Positions 56,517-64,000 of a stretch of 64,000 nucleotides of DNA are shown here, piece by piece. Location: contig OZ242311.1 in assembly GCA_965207885.1 (NCBI GenBank), positions 3,616,001 through 3,680,000 on the forward strand. Reading direction: 5' to 3'. The notes below the pieces were generated by a model. The model was given only the letters and a program-made list of their open reading frames with translations. It did no database searches and had not been told where the DNA came from. Position 1 is the stretch's first letter. Every line of letters begins with the position of its first letter. The DNA is from Candidatus Latescibacterota bacterium. GTDB taxonomy: Bacteria; Latescibacterota; UBA2968. Position numbers and translations under genes: made by a program.

Positions 56517-56807
56517 TCACTGTAAAGAAGTGGCGCGTTCAGTAGATCGCCCCGCGCGCGCTCCCCGGTGCGTACGCGTGGGAGCAAATTCACCGAGTTT
56601 GTGTCCAACCATGTTTTCTGTAATATAAACGGGGATAAATTTATTCCCATTGTGTACAGCAAGCGTATGCCCCACAAACTCTGGCGCGATTGTCGATCGT
56701 CGCGCCCACGTCTGAATAACCCGCTTATTACCAGCCTTATTCATTTGTTCAATTTTTTTTATGAGACTCGGCTCAATAAAAGGCCCTTTTTTAATTGACC
56801 GTGCCAT
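56517..56807 (-). CDS. rpsS: 30S ribosomal protein S19
   Basis: [10 protein letters not shown]; [13 protein letters not shown]. Confidence 0.98.
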   Translation of the reverse strand: MARSIKKGPFIEPSLIKKIEQMNKAGNKRVIQTWARRSTIAPEFVGHTLAVHNGNKFIPVYITENMVGHKLGEFAPTRTHRGARAGRSTERATSLQ

Positions 56808-56823
56808 AAAATAATACTCCTGA

Positions 56824-57648
56824 TTACTTGCGTCTCTGAATGATCATTTGGTCAGTTTTATTTTTCTTTTTGCGCGTTTTATATCCTTTTGTGGGTTGTC
56901 CCCAGGGCGTCACCGGATGCCTGCCGCCTGTTGCTCGACCTTCTCCACCACCGTGGGGATGATCAACAGGGTTCATAGCAACACCACGCACTTTTGGACG
57001 TTTGCCCAACCAGCGAGTCCGTCCTGCTTTTCCGACAACGACATTTTCATGCTCTAAATTGCCAACCTGCCCAATAGTCGCATAACACGATACCAGGACC
57101 AACCGGCGCTCGCCTGAAGGCAGGCGGAGAGTTGCAAAATTGCCTTCTTTGGCCATCACCTGAATCTCAGCACCTGCCGAGCGACCAATCTGTCCGCCTT
57201 TTCCGGGCTTGAGTTCAACATTGTGTACATTGCTCCCCAAAGGGATATTTGCCAGAGGGAGCGCATTACCTGGTCTGATCTCTGCATCTGCACCTGAGGC
57301 AACCTCATCTCCAACTCTTAAACCAATCGGTGCCAGAATATAGCGTTTTTCGCCATCGACATAATGCAGGAGTGCAATGCGCGCCGATCGATTTGGATCG
57401 TACTCAATGCTATGCACAATTGCAGGCACACCTACTTTATCGCGCTTGAAATCAATTCGGCGATACTGACGCCGATGTCCGCCACCGCGACGACGGCTCG
57501 TGATACGCCCTCGATTATTGCGTCCCCCAGATTTTTTATTGGGTTCAACAAGGGATTTTTCAGGCGTATCTTTTGTAATCTCTTCAAAAGAAGAAACTGT
57601 CTTAAATCGCAACGAAGGCGTTATTGGGCGAAACTTCTTAACAGGCAT
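56824..57648 (-). CDS. rplB: 50S ribosomal protein L2
   Basis: [12 protein letters not shown]; [17 protein letters not shown]. Confidence 0.98.
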   Translation of the reverse strand: MPVKKFRPITPSLRFKTVSSFEEITKDTPEKSLVEPNKKSGGRNNRGRITSRRRGGGHRRQYRRIDFKRDKVGVPAIVHSIEYDPNRSARIALLHYVDGEKRYILAPIGLRVGDEVASGADAEIRPGNALPLANIPLGSNVHNVELKPGKGGQIGRSAGAEIQVMAKEGNFATLRLPSGERRLVLVSCYATIGQVGNLEHENVVVGKAGRTRWLGKRPKVRGVAMNPVDHPHGGGEGRATGGRHPVTPWGQPTKGYKTRKKKNKTDQMIIQRRK

Positions 57649-57651
57649 GAG

Positions 57652-57939
57652 TTATCCTTCAAAAAAGTCGATAATATGTCCATCGGCAAGAGTGACAACA
57701 GCCTTTTTCCAGTTGGAACGGCGGCCTTGAAACCGGCCAAGTCGCTTGATCTTGCCGTGCATTGTGCTCGTATTGACCTTTACGACTTCGACATCGAACA
57801 TGGCTTCAACCGCACGCTGAATATCGACTTTGTTTGCACCACTGAGAACTTCAAATACATATTTATTGTGATTTTCCTGCAAATTAGAAGCCCGCTCGGT
57901 AATAACGGGACGCCGGATAATCTGCTTAGAATTCTTCAC
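57652..57939 (-). CDS. rplW: 50S ribosomal protein L23
   Basis: RPVITE; WKKAVVTL; GTGA overlap with the rplD stop. Confidence 0.97.
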   Translation of the reverse strand: MKNSKQIIRRPVITERASNLQENHNKYVFEVLSGANKVDIQRAVEAMFDVEVVKVNTSTMHGKIKRLGRFQGRRSNWKKAVVTLADGHIIDFFEG

Positions 57940-58568
57940 GAGGCCCCCCACAGATCACGAATGCGAGAAACTGCACTGCGTGTGAGAACCAGGACATCTG
58001 CATTGATCACGTCATAAGTGGAAACTTGCGAAACGGGTAATACGGAAAGCCTGGGGATATTCCGACAGGATTTGACGGTATTTTCAGCGATACCATCCGT
58101 CAAAAGCAATATTTTTTGTCCCCTGATTTCAAGCATTTGTGTCATTTGTGCCATTCTCTTTGTTTTGGGCACCTCAAGCTCAAAATCTTCCAGGACAGAT
58201 ATGGATTCGCCGAGTGCTTTTTGCGAAAATGCCGAGCGTATGGCCAGTTTTTTGACCTTCTTGGGCACCCGTTCCCGAAAATGTCTCGGTCTGGGGCCAT
58301 GAGCCACCCCACCACCGATCAATATAGGCGACCCAGCTGTTCCCTTACGGGCACGACCCGTACCTTTTTGTCGGTACATCTTCCGTTTTGACCGATTGAC
58401 TTCTGAGCGGGTTTTCGTCGAGGCATTGCCTTGCCGCTGATTGGCCAAATACGCTTTAACGACATAATAGATCGCGTCAGCCGATGGTTCAATTCCAAAA
58501 ACTGTTTCGGGTAGCTCCATCGATCCGATTTCTTCACCATCAAGATTGCAAACCTCAACAGATGCCAT
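57936..58568 (-). CDS. rplD: 50S ribosomal protein L4
   Basis: RQGNASTKTRSEV; RQKGTGRAR; GGGVAHGP. Confidence 0.98.
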   Translation of the reverse strand: MASVEVCNLDGEEIGSMELPETVFGIEPSADAIYYVVKAYLANQRQGNASTKTRSEVNRSKRKMYRQKGTGRARKGTAGSPILIGGGVAHGPRPRHFRERVPKKVKKLAIRSAFSQKALGESISVLEDFELEVPKTKRMAQMTQMLEIRGQKILLLTDGIAENTVKSCRNIPRLSVLPVSQVSTYDVINADVLVLTRSAVSRIRDLWGAS

Positions 58569-58585
58569 AATCGCCTTACCTCAAA

Positions 58586-59209
58586 TCAGTTGCGTTTCTC
58601 AATAACAACCGTAGCCCCTTTACCTCCAGGCACGGCACCTTTTAAGAGGAGCAAATTTTGCTCGGTATCTACACCCACGACCTTTAATCCCCGAACCGTT
58701 ACCTGCTGATCCCCCATATGACCTGCCATACGCATTCCCTTAAACACCCGCGAAGGATTCGAACTTTGGCCTATAGAACCAGGCGCGCGATGTCTATCGG
58801 ATTGTCCATGGGTTTTGGGGCCACCTCTGAATCCGTGGCGCTTGACACCACCCTGGAATCCACGACCTTTTGATCGAGCCACAACATCGACAACCTCGCC
58901 TACCTCAAACATGCTGACATTGAGTGTCTCGCCTATAGCATATTCGGAGACATCATCAACTCGAAATTCCACAAGACCTCGATGGGGATTAACACCTGCC
59001 TTCTTGAAAATTCCTTGATCCGCGCGGTTCAGCCGATTGGGCCGAATCTCATCGTACCCAACCCTCAATGCCATATACCCATCCGAATCCCAATTTTTGA
59101 TCTGCACAATGGGACACGGAACAACTTCGAGAACCGTGACAGGCGTCAACATTTCTGCGTCATCAAATGCCTGTGTCATACCGATTTTTTTTCCAATCAA
59201 TCCCAACAC
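58586..59209 (-). CDS. rplC: 50S ribosomal protein L3
   Basis: GKKIGMTQ; SKGRGFQG; RAPGSIG; KGAVPG. Confidence 0.98.
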   Translation of the reverse strand: MLGLIGKKIGMTQAFDDAEMLTPVTVLEVVPCPIVQIKNWDSDGYMALRVGYDEIRPNRLNRADQGIFKKAGVNPHRGLVEFRVDDVSEYAIGETLNVSMFEVGEVVDVVARSKGRGFQGGVKRHGFRGGPKTHGQSDRHRAPGSIGQSSNPSRVFKGMRMAGHMGDQQVTVRGLKVVGVDTEQNLLLLKGAVPGGKGATVVIEKRN

Positions 59210-59211
59210 GA

Positions 59212-59520
59212 CTACACCTTGATTTCAATATCTATACCCGCAGGCAGGTCCAGCTTCATCAGAGCATCTACCGTTTGGGGCGTTGAGTTGTGAATGTCGA
59301 TCAACCTTTTGTGTACGCGCATCTCAAATTGCTCGCGCGATTTTTTATCGACATGTGGAGATCGCAATACCGTATAGAGCGAGCGCCTCGTCGGCAGAGG
59401 AATGGGGCCAGAAATAAGCGCCCCAGTCCGTTTTGCTGTCCGAACGATTTCTTCAGCAGAACGATCCAGCGCATTGTGGTTGTATGCTTTTAGTCTAATT
59501 CTAATTTTTTGTGCAGGCAC
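59212..59520 (-). CDS. rpsJ: 30S ribosomal protein S10
   Basis: KIRIRLKAY; GPIPLPT; [14 protein letters not shown]. Confidence 0.98.
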   Translation of the reverse strand: MPAQKIRIRLKAYNHNALDRSAEEIVRTAKRTGALISGPIPLPTRRSLYTVLRSPHVDKKSREQFEMRVHKRLIDIHNSTPQTVDALMKLDLPAGIDIEIKV

Positions 59521-59540
59521 GAGCCACCCCTTCGCGGTTC

Positions 59541-60734
59541 TTATTCAACAATTTCAGTAATCACACCCGAGCCAATAGTTCGACCACCTTCCCGCACGGC
59601 AAATCGCAGTTCGGTCTCCATAGCGATTGGCGTAAGCAGTTCTACAGACATGGTCACATTATCGCCGGGCATCACCATTTCTACGCCCTCGGGCAACTCG
59701 ACTTTACCAGTCACATCCGTTGTGCGAAAATAAAACTGAGGTTGATAGCCAGTAAAGAAGGGTTTGCTGCGACCACCTTCTTTATCTGTCAGCACATAAA
59801 CTTCGCCTTTAAACTTTTTATGGGGGGTCACTGAACCTGGTTTGGCAACCACCATGCCGCGTTCAATTTCATCTTTGTCAACACCGCGAAGCAACAAACC
59901 GACATTGTCACCAGCCCTGCCCTCATCCAGCAGTTTGCGGAACATTTCCACGCCCGTAACCGTTGTATTGCGACTCTCGCGAATGCCCACAATCTCAACT
60001 TCCTCACCGACATTGACCACGCCGCGTTCAATGCGCCCAGTACCTACTGTACCGCGCCCCGTAATCGTAAATACGTCCTCAACCGGCATCAAAAAATCTT
60101 TGTCAATCTCGCGCACAGGCTCCGGAATATTTTCATCTACGGCTTCCATTAACTCCCAGATACAGGCACAATCTTCGGAATCGGGATCGTCAGACTCCAA
60201 AGCTTTGAGGGCAGAACCCTGGATCACTGGTACATCATCGCCGGGGAAATCATATTGGTCCAACAACTCGCGGACTTCCAGATCAACAAGTTCGAGCAAT
60301 TCTTCATCATCGACCATATCGACCTTATTCATAAATACCACGATAGAAGGCACATTGACCTGGCGTGAAAGCAGAATATGCTCGCGGGTCTGAATCATGG
60401 GACCATCTGCGGCACTAACGACCAGAATCGCACCATCCATCTGCGCGGCACCCGTGATCATGTTTTTCACATAGTCAGCATGTCCGGGACAATCTACGTG
60501 GGCATAGTGCCGATTTTCCGTCTGATACTCCACGTGAGCCGTATTAATGGTGATTCCACGCTCTTTTTCTTCGGGTGCTTTGTCAATGTCGTCAAAGGGC
60601 ATAAAATCGGCAAGTCCCTTGGCTGCCAGCGTCTTGGTAATAGCAGCAGTCAGCGTGGTTTTGCCGTGATCGACATGCCCGATTGTGCCGATGTTGACAT
60701 GGGGTTTGTCCCGTTCAAATTTTTCCTTCGCCAT
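59541..60734 (-). CDS. tuf: Elongation factor Tu
   Basis: GHVDHGKTT; [21 protein letters not shown]; [11 protein letters not shown]. Confidence 0.99.
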   Translation of the reverse strand: MAKEKFERDKPHVNIGTIGHVDHGKTTLTAAITKTLAAKGLADFMPFDDIDKAPEEKERGITINTAHVEYQTENRHYAHVDCPGHADYVKNMITGAAQMDGAILVVSAADGPMIQTREHILLSRQVNVPSIVVFMNKVDMVDDEELLELVDLEVRELLDQYDFPGDDVPVIQGSALKALESDDPDSEDCACIWELMEAVDENIPEPVREIDKDFLMPVEDVFTITGRGTVGTGRIERGVVNVGEEVEIVGIRESRNTTVTGVEMFRKLLDEGRAGDNVGLLLRGVDKDEIERGMVVAKPGSVTPHKKFKGEVYVLTDKEGGRSKPFFTGYQPQFYFRTTDVTGKVELPEGVEMVMPGDNVTMSVELLTPIAMETELRFAVREGGRTIGSGVITEIVE

Positions 60735-60779
60735 ATTTTCCTCCTAAAAAGATCGAACAAAAATAAAAAACGCGTTCGC

Positions 60780-62873
60780 TTAAGTTGCAAATACATTGAC
60801 TGAAGAGAGAATGTCTTCAGCGATGCTCTGCGGCATTTCCTCAAATTTGGAAAATTCCATTGAATAAATCGCGCGGCCCTGTGTTATAGACCGCAGCTTT
60901 GTTGCATAACCAAACATTTCACTCAGCGGCACAGTGGCCGAGATGACCTGTGCATCGGGGCGATTGACAATACCTACAATATGCCCTCGACGCGCATTCA
61001 AATCACCCATAACATCGCCCATATAGTCTTCGGGCACAACGACTTCCACATCAAAAACAGGTTCCATAAGATAAGTTTTAGCCCTTTTGGCTGCCTCTTG
61101 AAAAGCTATTGAACCAGCAATCTTGAAGGCTATTTCAGAAGAATCAACATCGTGATAGGAACCGTCAAACAGTTCGACTTTGACATCATCTATTGGATAT
61201 CCCGCCAGAACGCCACCCGTCATTGCCTCCTGAATTCCCGCACGCACAGCAGGGATATATTCAGACGGAATTGCACCACCTGTAATTTTATTCTCGAAAA
61301 CAAGTCCTGTACCGGGTTTACCAGGTTCCAGATTGATAACCACATGACCGTATTGACCCCGACCGCCACTTTGGCGGACAAAGCGCCCGTGAATATTTTG
61401 AACAGCATTGCGGAGGGCCTCTTTATAAGTGACCTGTGGTTTGCCAACATTGGCCTCAACCCTGAATTCGCGTTTGAGGCGATCCACAATAATCTCCAGG
61501 TGCAATTCACCCATCCCCGAAATAATGGTCTGTCCGGTATCTGGATCAATAGCTACGTGAAAAGTCGGATCTTCTTCAGTCAGCTTGTTCAGCGCGATAC
61601 CAAGTTGATCCTGATCAGCTTTGGTTCTCGGTTCAATTGCCACAGAAATCACGGGCTTGGCAAAATCCATTGATTCCAATATCACAGGCTCTTTTTCATC
61701 GCAAAGCGTCTCTCCTGTTGCCGTGTCTTTCAGCCCAACAACAGCAGCAATATCACCTGCGGACACCGCATTGATCTCTTCCCGCTTATTCGCGTGCATT
61801 TGCAACACACGGCCGATGCGCTCGCGTTTGCCCTTGTTGGCGTTGAGAACATAAGAACCCGTATTTAACTGACCTGAATATACGCGAAAATAAGTCAACC
61901 GCCCGACATAAGGGTCAGTCATCACCTTAAAAGCCAAAGCAGCAAAAGGCACTTCGTCGGAAACTGGACGAGAAACGCCAATGTCGAAATTTTTGAGATC
62001 GTGTCCCACAATTTCAGGCACATCGCGGGGCGAGGGTAAATATGCGACAATGGCATCTAACAAGCGCTGCACGCCTTTGTTCTTAAATGCCGACCCACAA
62101 AGCACAGGCACAGCAGCGCTGTTGATTACAGCCTGGCGCAAAGCAACTCTAATCTCGTCTTCGCTGATATCTTCGCCTTCGAGAAATTTTTCCATCAAGG
62201 TGTCGTCAAAATCGGAGACTGCTTCCAGCAATTGCTCGCGGCCTTCATAGGCGCGTTCTTCCAGATCGTTTGGAATACTATCTTCCGTAAACATGGTGCC
62301 TAAAGAATCGTCTTCGTAGGTTACGAGTTTCATCTTGATCAAGTCAATCAACCCCGTAAACATCTCACCGGACCCAACGGGCAACTGAACGGGAACAAAA
62401 TTGGACGCCAACCTTTCACGCATCATCTCTACTACGCGGTCGAAATCGGCACCCGTGCGATCCATTTTGTTGACAAATGCAATCCGGGGCACTGAATATT
62501 TGTCTGCCTGACGCCAGACAGTTTCAGTTTGGGGTTCAACACCACCAACTGCACAAAATAGCCCTACAGCACCGTCTAAAACGCGCAACGACCGCTCGAC
62601 TTCGGCGGTAAAATCAACGTGTCCTGGCGTATCGATAATATTGATGCGATGGTCATCCCAAAAACACGTTGTAGCTGCCGACGTAATGGTAATGCCACGC
62701 TCGCGCTCTTGAGCCATCCAATCCATCGTGGCTGCACCATCGTGCACCTCACCCATCCTGCGCAAAATACCCGTATAATAGAGAATGCGCTCGGTCGTCG
62801 TGGTCTTACCTGCGTCAATATGCGCCATAATCCCGATATTTCGGGTGCGCTCTAAGTCGTATTTTCTCGGCAT
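60780..62873 (-). CDS. fusA: Elongation factor G
   Basis: [12 protein letters not shown]; DTPGHVDF; GMGELHL; [10 protein letters not shown]. Confidence 0.99.
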   Translation of the reverse strand: MPRKYDLERTRNIGIMAHIDAGKTTTTERILYYTGILRRMGEVHDGAATMDWMAQERERGITITSAATTCFWDDHRINIIDTPGHVDFTAEVERSLRVLDGAVGLFCAVGGVEPQTETVWRQADKYSVPRIAFVNKMDRTGADFDRVVEMMRERLASNFVPVQLPVGSGEMFTGLIDLIKMKLVTYEDDSLGTMFTEDSIPNDLEERAYEGREQLLEAVSDFDDTLMEKFLEGEDISEDEIRVALRQAVINSAAVPVLCGSAFKNKGVQRLLDAIVAYLPSPRDVPEIVGHDLKNFDIGVSRPVSDEVPFAALAFKVMTDPYVGRLTYFRVYSGQLNTGSYVLNANKGKRERIGRVLQMHANKREEINAVSAGDIAAVVGLKDTATGETLCDEKEPVILESMDFAKPVISVAIEPRTKADQDQLGIALNKLTEEDPTFHVAIDPDTGQTIISGMGELHLEIIVDRLKREFRVEANVGKPQVTYKEALRNAVQNIHGRFVRQSGGRGQYGHVVINLEPGKPGTGLVFENKITGGAIPSEYIPAVRAGIQEAMTGGVLAGYPIDDVKVELFDGSYHDVDSSEIAFKIAGSIAFQEAAKRAKTYLMEPVFDVEVVVPEDYMGDVMGDLNARRGHIVGIVNRPDAQVISATVPLSEMFGYATKLRSITQGRAIYSMEFSKFEEMPQSIAEDILSSVNVFAT

Positions 62874-62882
62874 CTTAGTCAC

Positions 62883-63350
62883 TTACCAGCGATAATGCGC
62901 AAATGCGCGATTGGCCTCTGCCATGCGGTGCGTTTCTTCACGTCGCTGCATGGCACGCCCTTGCCCATTTGCTGCATCCATAAATTCACCAGCCAAACGC
63001 TGAGCCATTGTCTTTTCGCCTCGTTCCCTGGCAAATAAAATCAACCAGCGAATAGACAGCGCAAGACGTTCATCGGGACGGACTTCTTCGGGCACCTGGT
63101 AAGTCGCACCACCGACGCGGCGCGATCTCACCTTGACAACTGGTTTGACATTATCAAGTGCTTTTTCAAAAATCTCTAAGCCGGTATTCCCACTGCGCTC
63201 TTCAACCAGATCAAGCGCCTCATAAAAAATTCGTTCACCCACACTCTTTTTGCCCTTGCGAAACAAGCAGTTGACAAAACGCGTCACCAACAGGCTACTG
63301 TATTTGGGATCTGGAGCCAGGTATCGTTTTTCCGCTCGCCGCTTTCGCAT
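62883..63350 (-). CDS. rpsG: 30S ribosomal protein S7
   Basis: [12 protein letters not shown]; [15 protein letters not shown]. Confidence 0.98.
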   Translation of the reverse strand: MRKRRAEKRYLAPDPKYSSLLVTRFVNCLFRKGKKSVGERIFYEALDLVEERSGNTGLEIFEKALDNVKPVVKVRSRRVGGATYQVPEEVRPDERLALSIRWLILFARERGEKTMAQRLAGEFMDAANGQGRAMQRREETHRMAEANRAFAHYRW

Positions 63351-63377
63351 ATCGAGATCTACCTCTTTTTAAAATAA

Positions 63378-63407
63378 GGGGGATACGCCACCAAGGTGGT
63401 ATCCCCC
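63378..63407 (-). promoter_or_regulatory. Hairpin in the rpsL-rpsG spacer (candidate S7 autoregulatory element)
   Basis: Minus strand GGGGGATAC-CACC-TT-GGTG-GC-GTATCCCCC. Confidence 0.45.
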
Positions 63408-63436
63408 ATGTTTTATCGAATAATAGGCACTTGAGA

Positions 63437-63808
63437 TTAACCCGCTTTTTTAGTGCCGTATTTGGAACGACCTTGTTTGCGGTCTTCCACGCCAGTTGTG
63501 TCGAGTACGCCCCGAAGAATGTGATACCGAACAGAAGGTAGATCCTTGACGCGACCACCCCGGATGAGTACCACAGAGTGCTCCATGAGATTGTGCCCTT
63601 CACCCGGAATATACGCTGTTACTTCAAGGCCATTGGTCAACCTGACACGCGCTACCTTGCGCAGAGCTGAATTGGGCTTTTTGGGCGTTGTAGTATAAAC
63701 GCGTGTACAAACACCGCGTTTTTGAGGACATGCTCTCAGAGCAGGTGCAGAAGAACGCTTGCGCTTGGCTTTTCGCCCTTTCCGAACCAGTTGATTAATT
63801 GTGGGCAA
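63437..63808 (-). CDS. rpsL: 30S ribosomal protein S12 (TTG start)
   Basis: [10 protein letters not shown]; [11 protein letters not shown]; GGRVKDLP; AGGAGG SD. Confidence 0.99.
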   Translation of the reverse strand: MPTINQLVRKGRKAKRKRSSAPALRACPQKRGVCTRVYTTTPKKPNSALRKVARVRLTNGLEVTAYIPGEGHNLMEHSVVLIRGGRVKDLPSVRYHILRGVLDTTGVEDRKQGRSKYGTKKAG

Positions 63809-63838
63809 ACTCAACCTCCTTAATTATGGGAGACTTGT

Positions 63839-63867
63839 AATATACCTGGTGTAATGATGGCTGTCAA
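63839..63867 (-). promoter_or_regulatory. sigma70 promoter of the str operon, overlapping the rpoC stop
   Basis: Minus strand TTGACA-N17-TATATT; the TGA inside TTGACA is the rpoC stop. Confidence 0.75.
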
Positions 63868-64000
63868 GCATTAATTGGAGGTAAACCAATGCTTTCCGTG
63901 CTCTCTTCTGCGAGAGCTTCAAAAACCTGCGATTCTTCCACCACATCTGTATCCAAATCGCGGTACTTCAAAGCACCTGTACCGGCGGGAATGAGGTGTC
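63864..64000 (-). CDS. rpoC: RNA polymerase beta' subunit, 3' end (partial)
   Basis: Manual translation HLIPAGTGALKYRDLDTDVVEES...PPINA*; LIPAGTG is the RpoC C-terminal motif; located upstream of rpsL. Confidence 0.92.
   Translation of the reverse strand, partial: HLIPAGTGALKYRDLDTDVVEESQVFEALAEESTESIGLPPINA

Noticed and set aside
56517-56580. Frameshift in the S19 C-terminus (RTHRGARAG rather than RTFRGH)
   Set aside because: Length is normal and the frame is open to a stop just before rplV; treated as ordinary tail divergence.
1-64000. tRNA, rRNA, CRISPR array or prophage
   Set aside because: None recognised in the intergenic spaces by eye; a covariance-model scan was not possible.

Overview
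Bacterial chromosome segment, probably from an FCB-group candidate lineage such as Latescibacterota or Gemmatimonadota (inferred from the PorV-like, GWxTD and DUF6785-like gene content). About 45 kb of accessory DNA is followed by greA and the str-S10-spc-alpha ribosomal superoperon (minus strand), ending in the 3' end of rpoC. (1) Two inverted 1197-bp ISAba1-like IS4 copies (15-1211, 14072-15268) have swapped 9-bp target duplications, so the 12.9 kb between them is inverted. One insertion split a GPH sugar transporter, whose last 20 codons lie beyond the second IS. Undoing the inversion rebuilds a SusD-less glycan-uptake locus: TonB-dependent receptor, T9SS-CTD-like protein, PorV-like barrel, DUF6785-like membrane protein, Tat phosphotriesterase-like hydrolase, Tat sulfatase, MFS and a second DUF6785-like gene, facing a lyase-like gene. 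(2) cyoE with an ABC transporter, a hairpin-dense intergenic region, an intact TnpB with its right-end RNA, a PKD-like lipoprotein and a family-B DNA polymerase. (3) A tandemly expanded BlaI / BlaR1(M56)-propeller-CnaB-TlpA thioredoxin / TPR-GWxTD locus with rearranged paralogs and hypervariable loops. This is the best candidate for an undescribed signalling system. (4) galK and a GalE-GalT fusion. No rRNA, tRNA or CRISPR array was seen.
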